This document shows, in pieces, positions 8,232 through 17,201 of a stretch of DNA of 24,619 bases. The stretch lies in assembly GCA_003133025.1 (NCBI GenBank), contig PKZK01000180.1, positions 1-24,619 on the forward strand. Direction: 5' to 3'. Every line of letters begins with the position of its first letter. The first letter of the stretch is position 1. The notes under the pieces were generated by a model. It did not search any database and was not told the DNA's origin. It saw nothing but the letters and a program-made list of their open reading frames with translations. Both the position numbers and the translations under genes were made by a program. Source of the stretch: Vulcanimicrobiota bacterium. GTDB lineage: Bacteria > Vulcanimicrobiota > Vulcanimicrobiia > Vulcanimicrobiales > Vulcanimicrobiaceae.

Positions 8232-8286
8232 TGGGCCGCCTGACCCCAAGTTATCTTCGTTCTCAATCGAGCGGCCCGCGAGGGAC

Positions 8287-10152
8287 TCAGGTCGCTGCGG
8301 GCGCCCTAGGCGCGGCGATGTCTTTGAGCACGTCCGGCGTATTGGGAATGCGCTCGAGGTGCGGAAAGCGCGGTCCGCCGTGGTAATCGATGCTGACCTC
8401 ACGATATGTGTTGCCGGCGGTCAAGAGGAGCCGTACCTTACCGCCGCTCTGCGCGGCCTTGAGCGCACTGTCGAGTTGCGACTGACCGTCGGTGAGGGTG
8501 CGGCCGTCGATGCCGATGAGCTTCATGCCGGGTCCCAGGCCGGCTTTGGCGGCCGGTGATCCGTCGAGTACGTCGCCGACGACGCCCTGCGCGCTGGCCG
8601 AGAAGCCCAGCGAGTACCGCGCATCGAGTCCCCCGGCGTAACGGCCGAGCCTGCTGAACGCACTCGGTTCCGCCTGGTAGACGACCCGGTATCCGCCCGC
8701 CTCGAACGGGTTGGGCGGATGGGGCGCGACTGCGTCGAGGCGTGTGTGGAAGAATCCGGCCCAGTCGTACGGCTGCACGGCATTGAGGCCATCGACGACG
8801 TCCTGGCGCGTATAGGTCACCACGATCGGGCCCGTGTCGTGTTGACCAAAAAACGCCCGCGTGAAATCGTCGAGCGACCGTTTGCCGCCGGAGAGCTTGC
8901 GGATCGTGACGTCGGCCTCGAGCCAGAGTAGCGCGCCTTCAGTGTAGTAATCCTGCGTGCGGCGTGCCGCGGCGAAGGCGCGCGAGCCGCGCAGCACCGA
9001 CGCGGCCGTCGCGGTATCGACCAGCGGACGCGTGGCGCGTCCGGTGGTCGTGTCGAGGCTCGCGTATTCGCCCACCAGCACGTCGAGCCACTGCGCCTGC
9101 GTCCAAGCGCCGCTGCGCTCGACCTGCAACTGCCCGTAATGCTGCGTCATGCCCTCGTACACCCAGAGCAGATCGTCGACCATGGGCACCTGGAGGTTGG
9201 GCGTGGCGAGATCGGCGGGGCGGCGGTATTTGCCGTCCCACGAATGGTTGAACTCGTGTCCCAGCAGATCGCCCAGTGACCCGGCGAAGCCCTTATCCGA
9301 CGTCAGACTGTCGCCGCTGGAACCGTCGTCGCTCGACTGATGGTGTTCCAGGCCCTGTCCGGGCAACACGTCGGAGACGGTCAGCAAGAACGTGTAGTGG
9401 TTGAAGTGGCGAGCGCCGTAGAGCGCGGCCATTTCGCGCACGAGCCTGCGCAGATTTTCGACGTGCTTGTCGGAGATTTCGAGCTGGTCTTGCGTGTCGG
9501 CGAAGATCGCGATGTCGACCGGCGCCCCGCTTATCGCGCCCAGCGGAATCTTCTTCACGTTGAGGCCGGCATCGATCGGCGAGTCGACGAGTTGTTCCAA
9601 GGAAACCGGTTTGAACGAAACCGTCGCGCCGCTTTGCCCCGTGGATTCGAGCGCGGTCGCCCACTGCCAATCGGAGCCGGGCAAGGTTAGCGACGGCGCA
9701 ATGATCTGCGTCGAATAGTTTTCGACGTACGGCGTCAACACGACGCGGTTCCAACTCAGCGACATGATGTTCGGCGTGGCCAATCGTCCGCCGTCGGCGC
9801 CGGCGTTGTAGTCGTCGAAGCTGACCTCGAGTCCGCTCTTCCCGGCCGGCACGTCGACGTAGATCGCGTAGAGGTCGACCGGATCTCGCCGCCAGGCCAA
9901 GGCCTCGCCGCCACTGCTCACCGTAATGCTCGCAACCTCTGAGACCGGGCCCGTCGGTCCGTGCGTACCCGGTATCCACTTCGGATAGACGAGTTTCACC
10001 CGACCGCTTACGCCCGGAATCGTTTCGTGCACGTGGATGACGCCGCGCGTCACTTCACGCGTGTCGACCGATAACCCGATCGGAGCCGCGTCGGCTCGCG
10101 CCAAGGAAGAAGCGCCCGCGACGAACGCGAGCGTAAAGAGCAGTACTTTCAC
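8287..10152 (-). CDS. Secreted M61-family (glycyl aminopeptidase-like) metallopeptidase with C-terminal PDZ domain, ~621 aa
   Basis: Signal peptide (MKVLLFTLAFVAGASSLARA), PKWIPG, GLEH, HEFNH zinc motif, LWVYEGMT, PDZ-like GSPAAKAGL..LIGIDG. Confidence 0.9.
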   Translation of the reverse strand: MKVLLFTLAFVAGASSLARADAAPIGLSVDTREVTRGVIHVHETIPGVSGRVKLVYPKWIPGTHGPTGPVSEVASITVSSGGEALAWRRDPVDLYAIYVDVPAGKSGLEVSFDDYNAGADGGRLATPNIMSLSWNRVVLTPYVENYSTQIIAPSLTLPGSDWQWATALESTGQSGATVSFKPVSLEQLVDSPIDAGLNVKKIPLGAISGAPVDIAIFADTQDQLEISDKHVENLRRLVREMAALYGARHFNHYTFLLTVSDVLPGQGLEHHQSSDDGSSGDSLTSDKGFAGSLGDLLGHEFNHSWDGKYRRPADLATPNLQVPMVDDLLWVYEGMTQHYGQLQVERSGAWTQAQWLDVLVGEYASLDTTTGRATRPLVDTATAASVLRGSRAFAAARRTQDYYTEGALLWLEADVTIRKLSGGKRSLDDFTRAFFGQHDTGPIVVTYTRQDVVDGLNAVQPYDWAGFFHTRLDAVAPHPPNPFEAGGYRVVYQAEPSAFSRLGRYAGGLDARYSLGFSASAQGVVGDVLDGSPAAKAGLGPGMKLIGIDGRTLTDGQSQLDSALKAAQSGGKVRLLLTAGNTYREVSIDYHGGPRFPHLERIPNTPDVLKDIAAPRAPAAT

Positions 10153-10205
10153 GCGAGCGGCTTCTCGCCCACGCGCCGCAGGCCTGCGACTCATCCACGG
10201 AAACT

Positions 10206-10248
10206 CGGCGAACCCCGGTGCAACGCGCAAGCGTTGCTCCGATCGCCG
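10206..10248 (-). terminator. Long stem-loop just downstream of the HNH gene
   Basis: GCAACGC-GCAA-GCGTTGC core (10220-10237) extended by CGGCGA/TCGCCG; weak U tail. Confidence 0.35.
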
Positions 10249-10250
10249 GC

Positions 10251-10781
10251 TCAGACTTCGAGGCGTTCCTCGATCGAAACGTTGTAGAGGAACAAGAACT
10301 TGTGCCACTCGTCGGGTAGCGTGTTGCGCTTGACGCGGATCCACGGGATGTACTTCGGCGCCTTCGGCTTGCGTTTGAGGGGCATGTTCGCGTGCTCGGG
10401 CGTACGATTGTTCTTGCGGTTGTTGCAACGCATGCAGGCGCAGACGAGATTTTCCCACGTCGACGGGCCACCCTTACTCTTGGGCATCACGTGGTCGACG
10501 GTCATCAAGCGCTCGCCCTTGAGATTGCAATACTGACAGGTGTAGTCGTCGCGCAGGAGGATGTTCTTCTTGGTCAGCGCGACCTTCTGCATGGGGCGGC
10601 GGATGTAGTAGAGCATGCGGATGATCGAGGGCAGGCGCATCTCGTAGCGGCTCGACTTGAGCATCTGCGCGCGACCGCTGACGACCTCGGCCTTGCCCGA
10701 GAAGATCAGCTTGACGGCTCGCTGAAAGCTCGTGATGTTGAGCGCTTCGTACGTGAAGTTCAAAACCAGGACGTCGGTCAC
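10251..10781 (-). CDS. McrA-like HNH endonuclease, 176 aa
   Basis: VLVLNFTYEAL, LPSIIRM, RDDYTCQYC, TVDHVMPKSKGG, WENLVCACMRCNNRK; GGAGG before GTG 10781. Confidence 0.92.
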   Translation of the reverse strand: MTDVLVLNFTYEALNITSFQRAVKLIFSGKAEVVSGRAQMLKSSRYEMRLPSIIRMLYYIRRPMQKVALTKKNILLRDDYTCQYCNLKGERLMTVDHVMPKSKGGPSTWENLVCACMRCNNRKNNRTPEHANMPLKRKPKAPKYIPWIRVKRNTLPDEWHKFLFLYNVSIEERLEV

Positions 10782-10951
10782 GCGGCCTCCGCTAGTACGG
10801 AACGGTCGAGAAACGAACGAAGCGAGGCCATCGGGCCTCGCTTCACACACGTCGTCTGCAGGTCGGGGCCACGCCACGTCGCGGCGGACCGAGCGCCGGG
10901 GGAGACCCTCGGCTCTATTCGGCTCGCCGTCACCTGCGACTGGATAGCCAT
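10778..10951 (-). CDS. Putative 57-aa leader ORF (MAIQSQVT...VLAEAA) coupled to the HNH start
   Basis: Open frame from ATG 10951 to TGA 10778, overlapping the HNH GTG as GTGA; TATCGT 10 nt upstream; no recognisable domain. Confidence 0.3.
   Translation of the reverse strand: MAIQSQVTASRIEPRVSPGARSAATWRGPDLQTTCVKRGPMASLRSFLDRSVLAEAA
10809..10844 (-). terminator. Intrinsic terminator-like hairpin in the HNH leader
   Basis: Perfect 11-bp stem GAAGCGAGGCC/GGCCTCGCTTC with a 4-nt loop, followed by GTTCGTTTCT on the minus strand. Confidence 0.6.
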
Positions 10952-11008
10952 CTCGCCGACAACGATACGCCGCCGCGCGCGACCTTCCCCGCCGTATTGC
11001 GGGGCAGA

Positions 11009-11602
11009 TCAGGCGGCGGCCGGTTTCCCCTCGACCAGTTCGCGCACGAAGTACGCGTGCACGCGGCGGTCGCCGGTCAGCTCGGGGTGGAAGGACGTGC
11101 CCATCACGTTGCCCTGACGCACGAAGACCCCGTGACCTGCATATGTGGCCACGATCTCCACGCCCGCTCCGGCTCGTTCGACCCAGGGCGCGCGGATGAA
11201 GACCGCCGGAAACGGCTCGGAACCCAAGGCCGGAATTTCGAGGGGCACCTCGGCCGAGGCGGTTTGCCGCCCAAAGGCATTGCGGCGCACCGACACATCG
11301 ATCAGACCCAGCGTCCGCTGCTCCACGCCGACGACCTCGCGCGCGGCCACGATCAGTCCCATGCAGGTACCCCACAGCGGCAGGCCCGCGCGGACCGCAG
11401 CGACGATCGGCTCGTCGAGACCGAAGCGTTCCAATAAGCGTATCACCGTAGTCGATTCGCCGCCCGGGATGATCAGGCCGTCGACGGCGGCGAGTTGCGC
11501 GGGCGTCTTGACCGTCAGGCCGCATGCGCCCGAATCGGCGAGCGCGCTGAGGTGCTCGGCGACGTCGCCTTGCACGCCCAGCACGCCGATGATCGGGCTC
11601 AG
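11009..11602 (-). CDS. pdxT: Pyridoxal 5'-phosphate synthase glutaminase subunit
   Basis: [36 protein letters not shown]; adjacent to pdxS. Start inferred at CTG 11602. Confidence 0.96.
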   Translation of the reverse strand: MSPIIGVLGVQGDVAEHLSALADSGACGLTVKTPAQLAAVDGLIIPGGESTTVIRLLERFGLDEPIVAAVRAGLPLWGTCMGLIVAAREVVGVEQRTLGLIDVSVRRNAFGRQTASAEVPLEIPALGSEPFPAVFIRAPWVERAGAGVEIVATYAGHGVFVRQGNVMGTSFHPELTGDRRVHAYFVRELVEGKPAAA

Positions 11603-12561
11603 TTGCCGCGCACCGACAGCATCGCCGACTCGGGCAACGAACGCAGGTCGATGCCGCTCATCGCGCGCGCGCCACCCAGCGACTTGTGCGCCTCCACGAC
11701 CGCTTGCGGATCGTTGAAGTGCAGGGTCGCCGCAACGATCGCCTTGGCATAGCGCAGGGCCAACTCCGGATCGACGCGCGGGAAGCCGTTTTCATCATAT
11801 TGCGCGACGCCGTTCTCGACGATGGCCGCAGCCTTGAAGATGCCGCTGCCCACGAAGATGCCTTCGGCGCCGAGCTGCATCATCAACGCCGCGTCGGCCG
11901 GCGTCGAGACGCCGCCCGCGCAAAAGAGCACGACCGGCAACTTGCCGTTCGCCGCGACGTCCTTGACCAGTTCGAGCGGCGCGCCGAGATCGCGCGCGCG
12001 CACGACCAATTCTTCCTTCGGAACGACGGTCAACTCGGCGATCGCGTCGCGGATCGCCCGCATGTGCCGGACGGCCTCGACGATGTTGCCGCTGCCCGCT
12101 TCGCCCTTGCTGCGAATCATCGCCGCGCCTTCGGCGATGCGCCGCAGGGCTTCGCCCAAGTCGCGCGCGCCGCAGACGAACGGAACCGTAAACGGCTCCT
12201 TGTCGCAGTGATACTTATCGTCGGCGGGCGTCAGCACTTCGGACTCGTCGATGAAGTCGACGCCCAGCGCCTGCAGGCACTGCGCCTCGGCGAAGTGTCC
12301 GATGCGCGCCTTGGCCATCACGGGAATGGTCACCGCATCCATGATGCGCTGCACGAGCGACAGGTCGCTCATCCGGGCCACGCCGCCCGCGGCGCGAATG
12401 TCGGCCGGGATGCGCTCCAGGGCCATCACCGCGACGGCGCCGGCCTCTTGGGCGACGACCGCCTGCTCGGGCGTCACGACGTCCATGATCACGCCGCCCT
12501 TGAGCATCTGCGCCAAGCCCCGCTTGACCTTGACCGTCCCCGTCTGCCCTTCGTTCGCCAT
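11599..12561 (-). CDS. pdxS: Pyridoxal 5'-phosphate synthase lyase subunit
   Basis: [67 protein letters not shown]. Confidence 0.98.
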   Translation of the reverse strand: MANEGQTGTVKVKRGLAQMLKGGVIMDVVTPEQAVVAQEAGAVAVMALERIPADIRAAGGVARMSDLSLVQRIMDAVTIPVMAKARIGHFAEAQCLQALGVDFIDESEVLTPADDKYHCDKEPFTVPFVCGARDLGEALRRIAEGAAMIRSKGEAGSGNIVEAVRHMRAIRDAIAELTVVPKEELVVRARDLGAPLELVKDVAANGKLPVVLFCAGGVSTPADAALMMQLGAEGIFVGSGIFKAAAIVENGVAQYDENGFPRVDPELALRYAKAIVAATLHFNDPQAVVEAHKSLGGARAMSGIDLRSLPESAMLSVRGN

Positions 12562-12613
12562 CTTTCGCCCCTGCATCGTCAACTCGCCGCCGGAGGCGGC
12601 TCCGTGTGTATCT

Positions 12614-12622
12614 ATCGTAACA
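12614..12622 (-). promoter_or_regulatory. Possible extended -10 promoter (TGnTACGAT) for pdxST
   Basis: TGTTACGAT on the minus strand about 50 nt before the pdxS ATG, in an AT-richer patch. Confidence 0.35.
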
Positions 12623-12661
12623 GTCCCAACCAATGGAGACGCTAGGGACGGCCGCCGAGTT

Positions 12662-13102
12662 TCAGGTCGCGCCGGGTGCGGGCGTTGCCTCGATGTCGGG
12701 ACCGGGGGTGTCCGTCTCGCCGGGGGTGTGCGTGACCAGCGGCAAGGGCAGCGGCGGCGAGGTGTAGGCCGGGCCGGGCGCGCGCTTTTCGGGCCGCGGC
12801 GTCAGGGTTTCCGTCGGGCGCGGGCGCGGGGTTGCCGGCACTTCGGGCTCGGGCGTGACCCTCGGGTCCGGAAAGCCCGGATCGGTGGCCACGCTCATCA
12901 CGGTCGAGTGTTTCAATCCGGTGATCTCGTCGTGCTGGGCCGGATCTTCGGTGGCCGCCGGAACGGCGGTGGGCTGCACGGGCACGTGTGCCCCGATCTG
13001 ACCCAGCACGCGATTGCCCATATTCATGCCCACGCCGATGGCGATCAGCAGCACGAAAGCGCCGACCAGCAGCACGGTGGAGAGCGAAGCCCGGCCGCTC
13101 AC
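12662..13102 (-). CDS. Hypothetical protein with N-terminal TM/signal anchor and Pro/Thr-rich tail, 146 aa
   Basis: Hydrophobic [21 protein letters not shown] overlap with the upstream gene's stop. Confidence 0.75.
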   Translation of the reverse strand: MSGRASLSTVLLVGAFVLLIAIGVGMNMGNRVLGQIGAHVPVQPTAVPAATEDPAQHDEITGLKHSTVMSVATDPGFPDPRVTPEPEVPATPRPRPTETLTPRPEKRAPGPAYTSPPLPLPLVTHTPGETDTPGPDIEATPAPGAT

Positions 13103-15507
13103 TGCGCGAAGACCTCGCGTTCGACCGGCGCGCCCGCGAGCACGACCTCCGCCAGCTCACCGGCGGCCAGACGCCGGCGCACCGTGCGCCCGCGAAATTC
13201 GAGCGAAACCGAGCGCGCCGCATCGTCGAGATTGCACAGAAAGGCCCGGACGGCTCCACTCTCTTCTTCGAATGCGACGGCGCCGACCTCGATAGGCGAG
13301 GTCGTCACTTCGTCGCTGACGTTGCGTCCGGCATAGACGCAGCGGTACGGCTCCTCGGCCGAGGCTTCCCGCATGTCGCCGAAGATGGTCAAGCGCGCGC
13401 GATCGACGACGTAGGTGCACCGGCCCGCGCCCAAGCGCACGCTCACGCCGGCCGTCCACGTCCATTCGTCGGGCAGCAATGGAGAGAAGTGGGGACGCCC
13501 GCTCGTGCGATAGCCGTCGAGGCCGCAGACGGTCTCGGCGACGGCCCAGAGATATTTGGCCCCGGTCCAGGGCGAGAGATACATGCCCCGGTTCGTCAGC
13601 GAGCCGCCGTCGAACCACTCCGCGAATTGGCCGGGCACCGTGTTGCGCGACACGCCGGCTTCCATCGACGCGTAGATCGCCTTGAGCCAATGCACGGCCC
13701 TGCCGGGAAACCCGTTGCGCGCCAAAGCCACCGCGAACCACAGCGTGAGGTCGGGCCACACGCCGCCGAGCAAACCGAAACCGTGCGAGGGAAAGTACCA
13801 CGAATCGGCCAGCGAGATCGTGCGCAATCCCACGGGCGTGACGAAGTCGGATTCGGAGAGCCGCTCGAGAATGCGTTTGCGCTCGGCTTCGTCGCACACG
13901 CCGAAGAGCACCGGAAAGACTTCGTCCGCGGTAAAATTGTCTTGGTAGTTGCCGTCCTTGTCGTAGTTGAGCACGAAGCCGCCGGTGTCGGCGTTGAAAA
14001 GATGCGCGAGCATCTTCTCGCGCAGGGCGCGCGCTTCGCTCGAGTACGTCTCCCAGTGCGCGTTGTCGCCCGCGACGGCGCAGAGCATGGCCGCGGCCTC
14101 GAGCGCGAACACGGCCTCGGCGTTGATTTCGGTGACCGCACCGTCGAGCGTGTAGTGCGGGATGATGTTGCGCCACGAGGTGATGCCGTACATGTCCACG
14201 CCCTTGGCGCTGCAGAAGATCAAGCCGTTCTGGTCGCGCTGCGCGAGCAGATAGTCGGCGACGCGTACGATCAGCGGCAGGATGCCGCGCACCCATTCCT
14301 CGTCGAGCGTGGCATTGTAGTGGTGCAGGATCGCGATGAGGTGCAGCGGCGAATCGTCGTTGACGTTGAGATCGTACGACGTCGAAAAGCCGCTCACGCC
14401 GCGGACGTATTCCACGACCTGCCCGCTCGGCTCGATGAAGCGGTTGAACACCTCGATCGCATCGCGGCTGAACTGCGGCAGAAAATAGTCGAAGCCGTGC
14501 ACGAACCACGACGTGTCCCGCGAGACCAGGATGTCCGAGGGCGGGGAGTTTGTCGAACCCCAGCCCTGCGGGTAGTCCTTGATGATGCGCAGCATGTTGG
14601 CTTTGGCCCAAGCCACGCCGCGGGATATCTCGGGCGATGGCGTCATCAGCCTCGCGTCGGCCAGCGCGCGACCGTAATACCGTTGCGTCTCGTGCAACGC
14701 ACGCGGGTCGGCCACGAGATCGTCGAAGGTGGTCCGCGCCGCTTCCTCGCCGCGGACGTCGTGCACGATCGCGATACGCAGCGTCTCGCGCGCCCCCGGC
14801 GCCACCGCAACGCGATATTCGAGCGCTCCGAAGATTCTGCCGGCGACGTATTCGGCCAGCGCCGGGGTGACCTCACCGAGATGGCCGTCCTCGCGCAGCG
14901 AGCCGCGCAACATCGCGCCGAGCAACACCTGTTCGCGCAGCGCCACCACCACCGCGTGGGGCTCGCGCGAGGCGCCCCACCAGCGCACGGCGCCCGTCTC
15001 GCGGTTCCAGACGCGCACGCCGCGATCGCTCGCCGCCGCGTGCACTTCCTTCTCGGGCTCGCCGTACCAACGCTGGCCCACGATCAGCGCCCAGGGAAAG
15101 ACGGTCACCTCGACGGGCTCGGGCGACGCGTTGTGCAGCGTCACGTCGACGACGAAGGCCACGGCACGCTCGTGCTTGGGACCGTGCGGGACGTAGAAGC
15201 ATTCGGTGACGCGGATGCGCTCGTCGAGCGAAAATTCCGCGATCTGCGCGTAGGGCAGGAAGGTGAACTCGCGGGTCAGTTCGCGCGGAAACAGCGTGCG
15301 CTCGCGGTCGCGCACGCGATACGCGATCTGATGCGTTCCGAAGATGATCTGATCGGTATCGGCATCCCACAAACCGCGCACCGCGCCCTTGGGCGTCGAC
15401 GTCGCGAAGGTCTTGAAATTGCCGAGCGTCATGCCGAAGGGCGTCTCGTCTTCCGAGAGCACGTAGGCGCAAAACTCGTTGCGTTGGGCGTCGTAGCTCG
15501 GCGTCAT
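13099..15507 (-). CDS. Six-hairpin glycoside hydrolase (amylo-alpha-1,6-glucosidase/MGH1-like), ~802 aa
   Basis: SRDTSW, NDDSPLHLI, TEINA, GLRTIS, GGVWP, GQFAEWFDG, SPWT; substrate not assignable. Confidence 0.75.
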   Translation of the reverse strand: MTPSYDAQRNEFCAYVLSEDETPFGMTLGNFKTFATSTPKGAVRGLWDADTDQIIFGTHQIAYRVRDRERTLFPRELTREFTFLPYAQIAEFSLDERIRVTECFYVPHGPKHERAVAFVVDVTLHNASPEPVEVTVFPWALIVGQRWYGEPEKEVHAAASDRGVRVWNRETGAVRWWGASREPHAVVVALREQVLLGAMLRGSLREDGHLGEVTPALAEYVAGRIFGALEYRVAVAPGARETLRIAIVHDVRGEEAARTTFDDLVADPRALHETQRYYGRALADARLMTPSPEISRGVAWAKANMLRIIKDYPQGWGSTNSPPSDILVSRDTSWFVHGFDYFLPQFSRDAIEVFNRFIEPSGQVVEYVRGVSGFSTSYDLNVNDDSPLHLIAILHHYNATLDEEWVRGILPLIVRVADYLLAQRDQNGLIFCSAKGVDMYGITSWRNIIPHYTLDGAVTEINAEAVFALEAAAMLCAVAGDNAHWETYSSEARALREKMLAHLFNADTGGFVLNYDKDGNYQDNFTADEVFPVLFGVCDEAERKRILERLSESDFVTPVGLRTISLADSWYFPSHGFGLLGGVWPDLTLWFAVALARNGFPGRAVHWLKAIYASMEAGVSRNTVPGQFAEWFDGGSLTNRGMYLSPWTGAKYLWAVAETVCGLDGYRTSGRPHFSPLLPDEWTWTAGVSVRLGAGRCTYVVDRARLTIFGDMREASAEEPYRCVYAGRNVSDEVTTSPIEVGAVAFEEESGAVRAFLCNLDDAARSVSLEFRGRTVRRRLAAGELAEVVLAGAPVEREVFAQ

Positions 15508-15561
15508 GGTGCCCGGGGGAGGTTCGGAGCCGAACGCGAGGTCCTTGCCGAATGGGCCGAT

Positions 15562-16434
15562 ATGCTCTCCCTGCTTGCTCCGGCAAAGCTCAACTTGACG
15601 CTCGAAGTGCTCGGCAGGCGTGACGACGGCTACCACACGCTGCGCAGCGTGATGGTGCCGATCGCCCTGTACGACGAGATCGCGCTCGAACCGGCACCCG
15701 CGCCGAGCTTCGCGTGCGACGACCCCGCGCTCGAGACGGACGGCAACCTCGTGGTACGGGCCCTCGAAGCGAGCCTGCTGCGCACGTCCTTTGCCGTGCG
15801 CCTGCGCAAGACGATCCCCACCGGCGGCGGGCTCGGCGGCGGCTCCTCCGACGCTGCGGCGGTGCTGCGGGCGGCCATGAACGGCGCGCTCGGTCCCGCG
15901 CACTGCCCCGACTGGCTCGGTGCCGCCCGCTCCCTGGGTTCGGACGTGCCCTTCTTTCTCGCCGGTACCGCGGCGCTCGTCGAAGGAGTCGGCGAGCGCG
16001 TGACGCCGCTCGGCGGCGTGCCGCCGTGGTGGGCCGTCGTGCTGCGCCCTCGGGTGGCCGTGGCGACGGCGGATGCGTATCGCTTGCTCGACGGCGTGCG
16101 CGAGACGCTTGCGCCCGAATCGCGCCCGCGTTCGTCGAGCGTCTCGCTCGAAGTGGTCGACGCATTGCAACGTGCCGACTTTCACGCGCTCGAAGCGGCG
16201 CTGAATAACGACTTCGACGAACCGATCGCGAGCGCGTATCCGGAAGTTGCGCGCGCGCGCGAAGCGCTCGCGCGGGCGGGCGCGCGACGCGCGCTCCTTT
16301 CCGGATCGGGGTCGTGCGTCTTCGCCCTGTTTGCCGACGAGAGCGCCGCGCGTGCGTGCGTCGCGGCGCTCGCCGCCGATGACGTCGAGACGGCCTTCGT
16401 CTGCGCTTTCCACCACGACGCGGCGTGGCGCTGA
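15562..16434 (+). CDS. ispE: 4-diphosphocytidyl-2-C-methyl-D-erythritol kinase
   Basis: APAKLNLTLEVLGRRDDGYH, KTIPTGGGLGGGSSDAA, LGSDVPFF, NDF, LSGSGS. Confidence 0.97.
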   Translation: MLSLLAPAKLNLTLEVLGRRDDGYHTLRSVMVPIALYDEIALEPAPAPSFACDDPALETDGNLVVRALEASLLRTSFAVRLRKTIPTGGGLGGGSSDAAAVLRAAMNGALGPAHCPDWLGAARSLGSDVPFFLAGTAALVEGVGERVTPLGGVPPWWAVVLRPRVAVATADAYRLLDGVRETLAPESRPRSSSVSLEVVDALQRADFHALEAALNNDFDEPIASAYPEVARAREALARAGARRALLSGSGSCVFALFADESAARACVAALAADDVETAFVCAFHHDAAWR

Positions 16435-17201
16435 CCGCCGTCGTTCTCGCCGGCGGTCCCGCCGACGAACTCGTCGCCGCCGATCCGGGCGCACCCAACA
16501 AGGCCTTTCTCGATATCGCGGGCATGCCGCTCGTCGCGCGCACCCTCGCTCCCTTACGCGCCAGTCCGCGCATCGGCCGCATCATCGCGGTCGCGCCGCA
16601 GGGGCCGCGCAGCGCGAGCGCCCTGGCCCAAGCCGACGAAATTCGCACCGACGGACCGCACATCGGCGACAGCCTTCGCTCCGGACTGGCCGGGCTCGAT
16701 CCGGCCGAGCCCGTCCTGATCGCAGCCGGCGACTTACCCGTGCTCAGCGCGAGCGCGATCGACGAGTTTCTCGACCTCGCCCTCGCGCGCGACGCGGACG
16801 TCGTGTACGCGTGCGTGGAACGTCGCGCGCACGAGGCGCGCTATCCACAGATTCCGCACACCTGGGCGCGCCTGCGCGACGGCACCTACTGCGGCGGCGG
16901 CTGCGTGCTGTTGCGGCCGCGTGCGCTCGCGCCGCTGGAACGATTTCTCGACCGGCTCGGCAGCGCGCGCAAGAATCCGCTGCAACTCGCCGCGATCTTC
17001 GGCTGGGACGTCGTTTTACGCTATTCGCTCGGACGGCTGGGCATCGTCAACCTCGAGCGGCGCGCGAGCGAACTGCTCGGCGTGCCCGCGGCTGCGGCCG
17101 TCTGTACCCAACCGGAGATCGCGGTCAACGTCGACCGCCCGAGCGACGTCGCGCTCGCGGTCGCGCTGCTCGCGGCCAAGCCCGCTACTTCCAGCGCTTG
17201 A
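16425..17201 (+). CDS. MobA-like nucleotidyltransferase (NTP_transf_3 fold), 258 aa
   Basis: AVVLAGG, NKAFL..GMPLV, GDLP, NVDRPSD; overlaps the ispE stop. Confidence 0.82.
   Translation: MALTAVVLAGGPADELVAADPGAPNKAFLDIAGMPLVARTLAPLRASPRIGRIIAVAPQGPRSASALAQADEIRTDGPHIGDSLRSGLAGLDPAEPVLIAAGDLPVLSASAIDEFLDLALARDADVVYACVERRAHEARYPQIPHTWARLRDGTYCGGGCVLLRPRALAPLERFLDRLGSARKNPLQLAAIFGWDVVLRYSLGRLGIVNLERRASELLGVPAAAAVCTQPEIAVNVDRPSDVALAVALLAAKPATSSA

Larger units (their letters stand above)
2630..8280. other. Compositionally atypical accessory block (no integrase or att sites seen)
   Basis: Hand-counted 60-nt lines inside are 50-62% GC (lines 2641, 3721, 4261, 6481, 7141) versus 70-75% outside (lines 1081, 1981, 9001); frequent CTA/TTA/ATA codons. 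Confidence 0.65.

Noticed and set aside
1816..8279. CGGCCCGC at 1816-1823 and 8272-8279 as possible att or target-site repeats
   Set aside because: An all-GC 8-mer is expected by chance here, no integrase is present, and the left copy does not match the composition boundary.
8287..10152. M61 peptidase as the maturation protease of the rSAM cluster
   Set aside because: It has host-like GC, the opposite orientation, its own promoter motif and a secretion signal; adjacency is the only link.
10251..11525. 424-aa HNH ORF and 723-aa M61 ORF with long N-terminal extensions
   Set aside because: The extensions overlap pdxT or the HNH gene in other frames; family motifs, RBS or signal peptide begin at 10781 and 10152.
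12988..16494. 1148-aa (+) and 1131-aa (-) giant ORFs
   Set aside because: Each is a real gene (ispE or the glycosidase) extended by the stop-free antisense frame of its divergent neighbour, which is typical of high-GC DNA.
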